Translations under genes and position numbers: made by a program
DNA from: Candidatus Aenigmatarchaeota archaeon
Lineage (GTDB): Archaea; Aenigmatarchaeota; Aenigmatarchaeia; GW2011-AR5
Reading direction: 5' to 3'
Assembly: GCA_043799385.1 (NCBI GenBank)
Contig: JAZDNV010000001.1
Coordinates: forward strand, 96,361 to 160,360
Length of the DNA: 64,000 nucleotides
Shown here: positions 1 to 8,209 of the stretch, piece by piece
Position numbering within the stretch: position 1 is the first letter of the stretch
Layout: each line of letters opens with the position of its first letter
The notes under the pieces: generated by a model
The model's database searches: none
What the model saw: only the letters and a program-made list of their open reading frames with translations
What the model was told of the DNA's origin: nothing

Positions 1-78
1 AATTCATCGACCTTCAGTTTTATTTCATTCGTGTCATCGGGTTTGTCAATTTTCATATTATCACATGAATGTTTCAAT

Positions 79-438
79 TTAAATTATTTCCCTCAATCGC
101 TTGCGTTCCATCATGGCTTCCATAATCTCGTAATCGACCTTCCTTTCCCACTGGTCGAAATATTCCTCGATTCGCTTCAGGTTTTCCATCGCTGTCATGA
201 ACACTGAATCTGCAATTTTTACATGCGGTACTTCATCAAGAAGACCGTTTCTGCGATAGAGGTATTTCTTCTTTTCCTTAGATATCGTCTGCTTCCAGCC
301 ATAGAGCCCCTTGAAAAATTTGCTCCTGTCGTAATCAGATTCAAAATTCTCTGTTTTTGTATGAAAACTAATTATAACTACCTGAGCAAAATTCCGCCTC
401 ACTATCATGACAATCACTTTTAGTGTTCTATGTGACAC
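79..438 (-). CDS. hypothetical protein (119 aa), Lys/Arg-rich, no recognisable motif
   Basis: ORF in track; no conserved motif recognised; located at the window edge upstream of the dehydrogenase gene. Confidence 0.3.
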   Translation of the reverse strand: MSHRTLKVIVMIVRRNFAQVVIISFHTKTENFESDYDRSKFFKGLYGWKQTISKEKKKYLYRRNGLLDEVPHVKIADSVFMTAMENLKRIEEYFDQWERKVDYEIMEAMMERKRLREII

Positions 439-496
439 TAAAATATTTAAAGGTATTGGTTTGATTGACGTTTTGTCTAACGAAAGGTTGGAAAAA

Positions 497-1453
497 TCAA
501 TTCACTTCGTTTGTTGGTGTGCCTTTGAGAAAGTTCTCTAGGTTTGAAAGAAATATATCCTGCTTTGCTATTCTGGCTTCCGCTGTTATGTATGCTATTG
601 GCGGATAAATTATGCAGTTTTTGTATTTTGAGAGCTTCTTTAATTGCTCTGGTGGCGTTTCGTCAGAGTGATCAAGTATGAATGTTATATCCCCCTTTTC
701 AAGCCTGTCAGCTAAAGCGTCTATGTCCACCAATTCCATTGGTGCAGTGTTTATCACAATGGCGCCACTCTTGACTTTCTTGATGAGTTCTTCATTCAAG
801 AATTTTTCAGTTTCATTTGTCTGTGCAAGATTCAACGACAGGAAATCACATTTAGGAATAAGAGAATCCGCATCTTCGTATTTTATACCTTTATTTTCAA
901 ATACACCCTTTCTGTTTCTAGACCAGTATCTGACGTCAGCGCCAAACCCAAGAGCAAGCTCTGCGACCCTGCCTCCGATTCTTCCCAAGCCAACAATACC
1001 AAATATCTTATCTTTGATTTCGCTTGCAGAAATTCCGGTTTCAGAATAATTGCCGATTATTCCGCGTTGTTTGCCTTCTTCCAGACACCTGATATTTTCT
1101 AGAATCGCGGCCAAGACGAATTCAGCGACCGCTTCGGTGCTGTAGCCGGGAATGTTGCAGACAGTTACTCCTTTACTTCTTGCATAGTCAATATCAACTT
1201 TTCCGTAAGCTGTGGCTAATACTCCGATATATTTCAGGTTAGGGGCGTTATCAATGTCTTCTCTATTAATGTTTATTCCAAAACCTAAAAGCAGGCAGTC
1301 AGTATCAGTTAATTCTTTCCTTATTTCATGGCTATCCTTAGGGAGTATTTTCCCTTCACTTGATAACAAACTAATTTTATTCCAATATTCCGGATCAAAC
1401 TTAGACTCATCAATTCCTATCATCAGCATTTTCCTGAACTTCATAAATTCCAT
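497..1453 (-). CDS. D-isomer specific 2-hydroxyacid dehydrogenase (glycerate/glyoxylate reductase or phosphoglycerate dehydrogenase family)
   Basis: Rossmann NAD motif GIVGLGRIGGRVAELA, catalytic-domain layout and length (318 aa) typical of the D-2-hydroxyacid dehydrogenase family. Confidence 0.8.
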   Translation of the reverse strand: MEFMKFRKMLMIGIDESKFDPEYWNKISLLSSEGKILPKDSHEIRKELTDTDCLLLGFGININREDIDNAPNLKYIGVLATAYGKVDIDYARSKGVTVCNIPGYSTEAVAEFVLAAILENIRCLEEGKQRGIIGNYSETGISASEIKDKIFGIVGLGRIGGRVAELALGFGADVRYWSRNRKGVFENKGIKYEDADSLIPKCDFLSLNLAQTNETEKFLNEELIKKVKSGAIVINTAPMELVDIDALADRLEKGDITFILDHSDETPPEQLKKLSKYKNCIIYPPIAYITAEARIAKQDIFLSNLENFLKGTPTNEVN

Positions 1454-1518
1454 TATTGTTGGAATCCTTAAATATCGAAGGAAATTAATCTCTTAAATTT
1501 TTCTGAGATAGTTAATTC

Positions 1519-2202
1519 ATGAAGCTTGTTACGAATTCTCCGCTGGATAAGCTGATTGGCGGCATAGAGTGCGATGCAATAACAAACGTCTACGGTCCGG
1601 CTGGCTCTGGAAAAACCAACATCGTGATTTGTGCGTTGATTGGCGTTGCCAACGACAAGAAAGTAATATACATAGACACAGAAGGCTCGTTCTCTTTAGA
1701 GCGATTCGAGCAACTTGGCGGCAGCGAGAAGCAACTGAAGAACATAATATTCATCGAGCCGCACGAGTGGAAGGAGCAGCATAGCTCTGTGCAGGATATA
1801 GAGAAGATAACGCAGAAAGAGGATGTAGGTCTGATAGTGATAGACTCATTCGTGGCATTGTATCGGCTGGAACTTGACGAAAAGAATTTCCAGCTGATAA
1901 ATCGTCAGCTGGCTACACAGTATTCGATACTATCAAAGATAACAAGGAAATATAAGATACCTGTTCTGATAACTAATCAGGTTTATGGTTACCGCAGCGG
2001 CGAAGAAGATAAAACCGAATTGACATCGCGAACAATCGCAAAGTATTGGTCAAAGGCATTGATTGAACTGAAGAAACTGGACAAATCAAACCATCGCATC
2101 GCAATCGTTCGCAAGCACCGTTCAATGCCCGAAGGAAAAAGCATTGAGTTCGAGATTACTGAAAATAAACTAAAAGAAGTTGGAAAATTCAGTTTTATAT
2201 GA
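1519..2202 (+). CDS. radB: DNA repair and recombination protein RadB (RecA/RadA-family ATPase paralog)
   Basis: Walker A GPAGSGKT, about 227 aa single-domain RecA-like protein, IDTEG and VVIDS motifs typical of archaeal RadB. Confidence 0.8.
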   Translation: MKLVTNSPLDKLIGGIECDAITNVYGPAGSGKTNIVICALIGVANDKKVIYIDTEGSFSLERFEQLGGSEKQLKNIIFIEPHEWKEQHSSVQDIEKITQKEDVGLIVIDSFVALYRLELDEKNFQLINRQLATQYSILSKITRKYKIPVLITNQVYGYRSGEEDKTELTSRTIAKYWSKALIELKKLDKSNHRIAIVRKHRSMPEGKSIEFEITENKLKEVGKFSFI

Positions 2203-2223
2203 GATTTTGAATGAGGTTTTGGA

Positions 2224-2787
2224 ATGATTCTGGAAAAAATGATAGACAACCGTGCATGTTATACAAGAGTCCATGTAGTCAAGGCTATGCTGCTGATGGA
2301 AAATCGATGCAGCCGCGAAAAGTTGATGAGCGACCTCAAACTCAATGAAGCACCTACCAAGACGCTTCTAAACCGGCTGCGCAAAAATAAATTTGTTGAA
2401 TCGACAACAAAGGGTCATAAATTAGCAAAAAAAGGCCATGATTTTCTGAATTTTGTGAGAAAAAATATTTACGGTCCAAAGGACGTTGGCATCTCGAGAA
2501 TAACCATGTCGAAGTACAACATTGCATATCTTGTCAAGGGAAGGGCAGATAAAATAAAGCTTGGCATTGAGCAGCGCGATCAGGCAATAGTTTTTGGCGC
2601 CGATGGTATGACGTCTCTGGTTTACAAGGATAAATTGCTTATACCTGGAATGAGGTGGACGGTCCCGAAATGGATGGAAAATATTTTCACGCTGGAGGAG
2701 AATGACGTAATTCTTATAGGCTCCGCCGGCGACAAGGTAACCGCTGATCTGGCGGCGTTAAACTCTGCAATTGCATTAATTATTTAA
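2224..2787 (+). CDS. hypothetical protein with probable N-terminal winged-helix DNA-binding region
   Basis: N-terminal about 70 aa basic helix-rich segment (KLNEAPTKTLLNRLRKNKFVES) resembles wHTH regulators; C-terminal domain unassigned; overlaps radB stop region suggesting co-transcription. Confidence 0.4.
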   Translation: MILEKMIDNRACYTRVHVVKAMLLMENRCSREKLMSDLKLNEAPTKTLLNRLRKNKFVESTTKGHKLAKKGHDFLNFVRKNIYGPKDVGISRITMSKYNIAYLVKGRADKIKLGIEQRDQAIVFGADGMTSLVYKDKLLIPGMRWTVPKWMENIFTLEENDVILIGSAGDKVTADLAALNSAIALII

Positions 2788-2809
2788 GCCTTGTTGGATA
2801 AGTCATCCA

Positions 2810-3082
2810 ATGATTCGCCAGATATACGGATTCATAGACCTTTCAGCAGCGGTCATCATATTTTTCGGGTTGCAACTTCCTACGATAATAAAATTAATCA
2901 TAGCGTTGGTTATGGTAATCAAAGGAGCACCAAGCCTGATAGGCGATTTGATATGCAAGGTTTATGGTGTTGTAGACTTGCTTGTCGCCTTTGTAATTTT
3001 CTTCGCTTTTCCAATACCGAATGTTATAAAAGGAATAACTGTGTTTATTCTGATAATAAAAGGAATTTCGAGTCTGATATGA
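2810..3082 (+). CDS. small membrane protein with an internally duplicated two-TM unit
   Basis: Two about 40-aa repeats (DLSAAVIIFFGLQLPTIIKLIIALVMVIKGAPSLIGDL / DLLVAFVIFFAFPIPNVIKGITVFILIIKGISSLI); hydrophobic; preferred over the overlapping alternative-frame ORF 2791..3177. Confidence 0.45.
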   Translation: MIRQIYGFIDLSAAVIIFFGLQLPTIIKLIIALVMVIKGAPSLIGDLICKVYGVVDLLVAFVIFFAFPIPNVIKGITVFILIIKGISSLI

Positions 3083-3182
3083 ATACCGATACCATGTTCA
3101 TTTTCGGCATCATCTTGATGATATACTTAGGCGCGCTGTTTTTCGGCCTCTTGTTTAAATCCTTGATAAGCATATAATTCTT

Positions 3183-3488
3183 ATGAGGAATATAGAAACC
3201 CTTCCTCATGTAACGATAATAGCTTTCATACTGATATTTCTAATAATCGCTGCATATTTCGCTTCGCTGATTCCTGTTAACTTCATGATAACGGCAGCAA
3301 TAGCGATAATAATTATAGTATTCGTGGTGTCATTCATGTTTTTCGGAGAGATAACTGGAATCCTGCTTGTGACGCTGGCGTTGCTCGTGTTCATCTTCAA
3401 TATAGCCCTGAGAGATATAACAGCTTCGCTATTCTATTCGTCAATAGTTTTGGTTGTCATAATAATGGTTAACGTTTTGAAGCACTGA
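3183..3488 (+). CDS. small integral membrane protein (101 aa, 3 predicted TM segments)
   Basis: Highly hydrophobic ORF; no motif. Confidence 0.4.
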   Translation: MRNIETLPHVTIIAFILIFLIIAAYFASLIPVNFMITAAIAIIIIVFVVSFMFFGEITGILLVTLALLVFIFNIALRDITASLFYSSIVLVVIIMVNVLKH

Positions 3489-4386
3489 GTTTCAAAATCC
3501 CATTTTCATGCCCCAAAAGAATAGCGAGTATAGCCATCCTCACATGAACGCCGTGTCGTGCCTGCTTGAATGGTATGAACCTAGGATCGTCATCTATCTC
3601 AGGGTTCAGTTCACCAACTCTAGGCAGAGGATGCATTATCCTGGTCTTTGCAGGTAGCAGATCAAGGAATTTCTTATTTATCTCGTACTTGAAATCTGAC
3701 CCAGCAGGCATCCGCTCCTTCTGGATTCTTGTTGCATAGATCACGTCCGGGTCTAGGTCACCGACAATATCGATTTCAGTATAATCACCGTTTTTCAGAT
3801 ATTCTGGCATCTCCAGTCCCTTGGGTGAAATGCCGAAGAACCTGTTGTTGTTAAATTTCCTTAACGCCTTTATCAAGGAATGAACGGTTCTTCCAAACTT
3901 CAGGTCGCCCGTAAAAACTATTACGAGGTCGTCAAGTCGTCCAAACTCTTTCTTTATTGTGTAAAGGTCCAGCATAGCCTGCGTCGGGTGCTGGTCTGAG
4001 CCGTCGCCTGCGTTTATCACAGGAACATTTACAAGGTCAGCGTATTTTTTTACCGAACCTGCGCCAGGGTCTCTTATTGCAAGTATATCGCAATACTGTT
4101 CGAGTATTCTTACTGTATCTTCTTTGCTCTCGCCCTTTTCCAAAGACGAACCAATAGGCTTAAAGTTCTGGACATCACCACCGAGCGTATGCATCGCAGT
4201 TGTAAAGCTCATCTCCGTTCGTGTCGAAGGCTCAAAGAATGCTGTTATCAATATTTCACCCCTGCACAAATCAAGTTTATTGCCCCTGCCAGAAAAAGGC
4301 TCCAGTATTTTCGCGCAGTCAAGAATGAACTCTATATCCTTCCTCGACAACTCATCGACGGACAATATATCCTTCCTGTTCCACAT
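3469..4386 (-). CDS. pyrB: aspartate carbamoyltransferase catalytic subunit
   Basis: Carbamoyl-phosphate binding motif STRTR (FFEPSTRTEMSF), HPLP motif (IMHPLPRV), length 305 aa. Confidence 0.85.
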   Translation of the reverse strand: MWNRKDILSVDELSRKDIEFILDCAKILEPFSGRGNKLDLCRGEILITAFFEPSTRTEMSFTTAMHTLGGDVQNFKPIGSSLEKGESKEDTVRILEQYCDILAIRDPGAGSVKKYADLVNVPVINAGDGSDQHPTQAMLDLYTIKKEFGRLDDLVIVFTGDLKFGRTVHSLIKALRKFNNNRFFGISPKGLEMPEYLKNGDYTEIDIVGDLDPDVIYATRIQKERMPAGSDFKYEINKKFLDLLPAKTRIMHPLPRVGELNPEIDDDPRFIPFKQARHGVHVRMAILAILLGHENGILKLSASKR

Positions 4387-4428
4387 AATTTATCGATACT
4401 CAATAAAAATATTTAAACCAACCGAATT

Positions 4429-4929
4429 CTAGAGACTTTCGACTATTATCTCTGCAAAATCGTTTGCAGCCTTTGGTCCGTTTGCGGTTATTATATTACC
4501 GTCTTTTTCAACAGGGGTTGCTGTGTATTTTGCACCTTTGGCGCCCAGTTTTTCGCCAAGGCTTGGCCAAACAGTTGCTTTTTTGCTTTTCAGTATTTCT
4601 GCGTTTGCCAGTATCATCGGCGCGATGCATATGGCCGCGGTTATCTTATTTTTCTCATAGAACCGCTTTGCCAGTGATAATATTTTCTGGTTGTTGAAAT
4701 AAACTTCTGCGCCAGGACCGCCGACAAGCACTAATGCATCGTAAGCATCGACGACGATATCATCAATTAGTTTTGTCTTTACACTATGACCGAACATGCC
4801 TATAGCTTCGTTTGCTGTCGATGCGACATCTACTCTTGCTCCAGAACGTTCAAAGACAAGCTTCGTGTCCAGCAATTCCTCGTCCCTGAAATCCTTTGGC
4901 GCGACTACCATCAGTATGCTTTTCATCAC
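4429..4929 (-). CDS. DJ-1/PfpI family protein (class I glutamine amidotransferase-like)
   Basis: 166 aa; nucleophile-elbow-like AAICIAP (compare AAICHGP), LVLVGGPG region typical of DJ-1/PfpI. Confidence 0.75.
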   Translation of the reverse strand: MMKSILMVVAPKDFRDEELLDTKLVFERSGARVDVASTANEAIGMFGHSVKTKLIDDIVVDAYDALVLVGGPGAEVYFNNQKILSLAKRFYEKNKITAAICIAPMILANAEILKSKKATVWPSLGEKLGAKGAKYTATPVEKDGNIITANGPKAANDFAEIIVESL

Positions 4930-4934
4930 GACAC

Positions 4935-5267
4935 CTAATACTTGTTGATAAGCTCGCAGTTTACATTTAACTCAACGAAATGTTTGGCCACGCTACCGAA
5001 CGATGAGCACTGGTTTTCCGGTAAATTATCCACGTCTTGCCGTGGAGCATGCGCAACATCACAGACCCATTTTTCGTCACCAGTGCTGCCAATGTCGTTG
5101 CTCAGGCAAGGGCCGTTTGCCAAACCGTCGATGCTTTTCTGTTTGCATAATTGTATGCATGAGGCGATGATTTGTTCTTCGTTTGACGCAACTTCGCTAT
5201 TCTGGACGCATGCGCTTATCAAAACTAGGGCTAGGATTAGAATCGGTGCCATGTTTAGCTTTGTCAT
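4935..5267 (-). CDS. small secreted cysteine-containing protein (signal peptide plus lipobox-like ISAC)
   Basis: N-terminal hydrophobic signal MAPILILALVLISAC followed by an 8-Cys mature domain; no family recognised. Confidence 0.4.
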   Translation of the reverse strand: MTKLNMAPILILALVLISACVQNSEVASNEEQIIASCIQLCKQKSIDGLANGPCLSNDIGSTGDEKWVCDVAHAPRQDVDNLPENQCSSFGSVAKHFVELNVNCELINKY

Positions 5268-5297
5268 AAATAAATGGCTTAGTTAAAGGATTAAAAA

Positions 5298-7427
5298 TTA
5301 CTTGATTACCTTTTTCTCGGTTTTTGGCTTGTCGCTCTTCTCAGCTGGCTCGCGTTTCTTCAGCTTGCTTTTATCCAACCAATCCTTCTTTGTCGGGCAG
5401 GTCAGATCAACGCACATGCGGAACGGTCGGCGACCTGGATTACGGACTTCTATTATCGGCGATTTGCACTGATCGCACGTTTTCTCCGTAGACGTTATGA
5501 TTCCTTCACGCGGCGCCGGAGCGCTGAATTTGCATATCCCCTTCTTGAAGTTGCTGCAGCCGATAAAGCGGCAACCCGTGCGCCAGTTCTTATGGACTTT
5601 TAACATTCCGCCGCATTTAGGGCATTTTCCAATCAGGCTCTGCTTGTCCTGTGTTGCAATCACTGCTTCGGTCAATTCCTTGCCTATCTTCGCCTCTTTT
5701 AACTTGAAGCTCTTGCATATCTTTATTATCCTGGTTTTTGCCTCGTCGAGAACTTTCTCCCTCTTTATCTTGCCGTTTTCAACAAGGTCGCATTCTTCCT
5801 CGAAATGCCTTGTCAATTTTTCTGATACAACGTCAGGAACGTTCTTTTCAAGTATGTCTGATAACTGAGAGCCGAGTTCGGTTACTTCGATGCTCTTTCC
5901 TATGAGATAACCACGATTGTACAAAATCTGCAGGATTTGCGCTCGCGTGGCTTTTGTGCCCAATTCCTTAGCCTCCATTTCCTTAAGAACCGAGCCCTGC
6001 GAGAATCTTGGCGGCGGCTGGGTTTCTTTTGCCGTTTGCGAGACGTTCTTTACCTTCAATTTATCGCCGATTTTGATTTCAGGAAGAATGACTTCTTCGC
6101 GTGCTGCATATTTGCCGTATAGCGATAGCCAACCGGGCTCTATCGTCTTCGTACCGTGCAGGAAGAATACAAAACCGTTGACGTCTAAGATTACTTTCTG
6201 GCTCTCTCTCTTCGCAGGGTCGCCGAAGCATGCCAGAAAGCGATGCACTACTAAATCATAAACCTTTCTCTGACGGTCGTCTAACTTTTTCGGCGCGTCG
6301 CCCGTAGGATAGATAGCCGGATGAGCTGGATCGGTTCTGCTGCCTTCTTCTGGTTTTTTATCAACGAGCGTCGATGCTATCTTGAATCGATCTTGTTTTG
6401 CCAGATTGCTCAATATCTTTTTGTAATTTATGTCAGGCGGTAATTTTTCCGATGATGTTCTCGGATAAGATATCAATCCCGCTTGGTAAAGCGATTCAGC
6501 AATGGACATGCCGAACTGCGGCGAGAAACCGAAGAATCGATAGACGTCAGCAAGGAATGAAGTTGTATTATACGGTTTAGGCGGTCTCTGTGACATCACT
6601 TTCTTTTTTATATCCTTGACCAGAGCTTCTTTTGATTTTGCCTTGCTCGTTATCTCGTCAGCCCTGCTCTTGTCCCAGAGCTTTTCTTTTTCATAGAGAG
6701 CCTTGAACGCCTGCTTGCCTATAAGGACTTCAAGCTCTATTTGCCAGAACGGCTCGGGCTTGAATGCAGAAATCTTTTTTTCATGCTTTGTCAGCATGTG
6801 CAGTATTGGGCCCTGGACGCGGCCTGTTGACAATACCCTAAAACGTTTTGCGTGGTTCTTTATCGCATTCGTCAATGCGCGCGTCAGCGAAACGCCCCAC
6901 ATATAATCCAAGTAATGCCGCGTCAATCCCGCCTCGATCTGGCCGAAGTCAAGGCTCTTCGTCATTTTATCATAACTTTCTATGAGCTCTTCTTTTGTCA
7001 TTGTTGAGAACTTCATCCGTTTTGCGTCATTCTTTTTACAGAGAAAACGCAGTATATTATAGCCGATGACCGAGCCCTCTTCGTCGTAGTCGCAGCATAC
7101 TATATAATCCTTGCCGCCTGGAACGATCTTTTCGACAACGTCAAAATATTTCTTTGTAAAGCTCGCAGGACCCGATGCTTTGTAAGAAGGAACCCAATCA
7201 ACGTCGAATATCGGATAGTCCCAGCCCTTTGTAGTTTGTTTTAGCGTGAATAGGTGACCAACTGCTGCGACGATTACGTGCTTTTTGCCCTTCTTCTTGA
7301 ATTCGTAATAGTCGACGCCTTCGTCGCTCTTAGTCGCTTTCAAGCTACCCTTGTCGGCCAATGCTATTGCAATCGTTTTAGCGGCCATTGGTTTTTCTGC
7401 TATCATCACAACGGTCATAACTATCAC
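5298..7427 (-). CDS. topA: DNA topoisomerase I (type IA) with C-terminal zinc-ribbon repeats
   Basis: N-terminal TOPRIM region (MIAEKPMAAKTIAIAL, EGS acidic cluster), active-site region LISYPRTSS with Tyr, three C-terminal CxxC...CxxC Zn ribbons; 709 aa. Confidence 0.9.
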   Translation of the reverse strand: MIVMTVVMIAEKPMAAKTIAIALADKGSLKATKSDEGVDYYEFKKKGKKHVIVAAVGHLFTLKQTTKGWDYPIFDVDWVPSYKASGPASFTKKYFDVVEKIVPGGKDYIVCCDYDEEGSVIGYNILRFLCKKNDAKRMKFSTMTKEELIESYDKMTKSLDFGQIEAGLTRHYLDYMWGVSLTRALTNAIKNHAKRFRVLSTGRVQGPILHMLTKHEKKISAFKPEPFWQIELEVLIGKQAFKALYEKEKLWDKSRADEITSKAKSKEALVKDIKKKVMSQRPPKPYNTTSFLADVYRFFGFSPQFGMSIAESLYQAGLISYPRTSSEKLPPDINYKKILSNLAKQDRFKIASTLVDKKPEEGSRTDPAHPAIYPTGDAPKKLDDRQRKVYDLVVHRFLACFGDPAKRESQKVILDVNGFVFFLHGTKTIEPGWLSLYGKYAAREEVILPEIKIGDKLKVKNVSQTAKETQPPPRFSQGSVLKEMEAKELGTKATRAQILQILYNRGYLIGKSIEVTELGSQLSDILEKNVPDVVSEKLTRHFEEECDLVENGKIKREKVLDEAKTRIIKICKSFKLKEAKIGKELTEAVIATQDKQSLIGKCPKCGGMLKVHKNWRTGCRFIGCSNFKKGICKFSAPAPREGIITSTEKTCDQCKSPIIEVRNPGRRPFRMCVDLTCPTKKDWLDKSKLKKREPAEKSDKPKTEKKVIK

Positions 7428-7439
7428 AGAACTTCTCTT

Positions 7440-7460
7440 ATAATATAGTGGGAATATTTA
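7440..7460 (-). promoter_or_regulatory. candidate archaeal BRE/TATA promoter for topA
   Basis: On the minus strand a TTTAAATATT box sits about 22-30 nt upstream of the topA ATG (7427), consistent with a leaderless or short-leader archaeal transcript. Confidence 0.35.
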
Positions 7461-7471
7461 AAGCTTGACAG

Positions 7472-7562
7472 ATGCCATAAGCTTAAGGGCTATTAACTGT
7501 GGTTAATAGCCCATCGTTGAGGATTAGACTTGCGATTCTAATCCTAGTTAAGCTTATGGCAT
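7472..7562. repeat. 91-nt nested inverted-repeat element: 15-bp outer stem enclosing two perfect hairpins
   Basis: ATGCCATAAGCTTAA (7472-7486) pairs with TTAAGCTTATGGCAT (7548-7562); inside are GGGCTATTAAC-TGTG-GTTAATAGCCC (11-bp stem, 7487-7512) and GGATTAGA-CTTGCGAT-TCTAATCC (8-bp stem, 7521-7544). Intergenic between topA and a secreted-protein gene. Confidence 0.5.
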
Positions 7563-7608
7563 TGCTTGGGCTGATAGAAAAGAATAAAAATAAGACAAAG
7601 AGAAAAAA

Positions 7609-8163
7609 CTAATAAATTCTAGGATTTCTTAGCGTTCTTGGTTGCGGTGTCGATGCTCTCATATTGCTTACGAAACCTCTAGTAAAGTCGTAAACTCCCG
7701 TTTCAACATTACTTGGATTTCTATAGTCTCTTGCAATCATCTGGAGTTCTCTAGGGCCTTTTGGCGTTAGGACCGGTTCGTTGTCTGTTACAATGTTGTA
7801 ATAGAGTGTTGTTATATGCCTTCCGTTTCTGTCGTATAATCTCAAAGAGAAATCCGGAACATCTGGGCAATCCGCGTCGCGAGGTTTTAGTTCATAACGG
7901 CCGTTGAAACCTCTCATTGCGTTCTGAACACCAGTTTCAATTGCACGTCTGCCCTGTGCTTCAGAAAATGCGTTACTATACCTCTCATCTCTACGTACTG
8001 TTGCGTCATCTTTTTTCTGTGTTTTACTATCTTCTGCTGATGGCTGCTGTATCGCTGCAGGTGTTGTGTTATTACTGTTTACTGTAATACAACCGATGCT
8101 ACTGAAAAGGCTAGTTAAAAGAAGTCCTGTAACACCAATCATTGCCTTTGTTTTGTTTTGCAT
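7609..8163 (-). CDS. secreted/lipoprotein-like hypothetical protein (184 aa)
   Basis: Signal peptide MIGVTGLLLTSLFSSIGC with Cys lipobox-like site; hydrophilic mature part; no family recognised. Confidence 0.45.
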   Translation of the reverse strand: MQNKTKAMIGVTGLLLTSLFSSIGCITVNSNNTTPAAIQQPSAEDSKTQKKDDATVRRDERYSNAFSEAQGRRAIETGVQNAMRGFNGRYELKPRDADCPDVPDFSLRLYDRNGRHITTLYYNIVTDNEPVLTPKGPRELQMIARDYRNPSNVETGVYDFTRGFVSNMRASTPQPRTLRNPRIY

Positions 8164-8209
8164 TTTTATCTAACCTCATAATTCAACAGGGGTTAACCTG
8201 AGATAATTA

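Noticed and set aside
2791-3177. 128-aa ORF overlapping the small duplicated membrane protein
   Set aside because: Hydrophilic, Cys/Arg-rich nonsense-like N-terminus. The internally duplicated hydrophobic frame (2810-3082) is the more protein-like reading.
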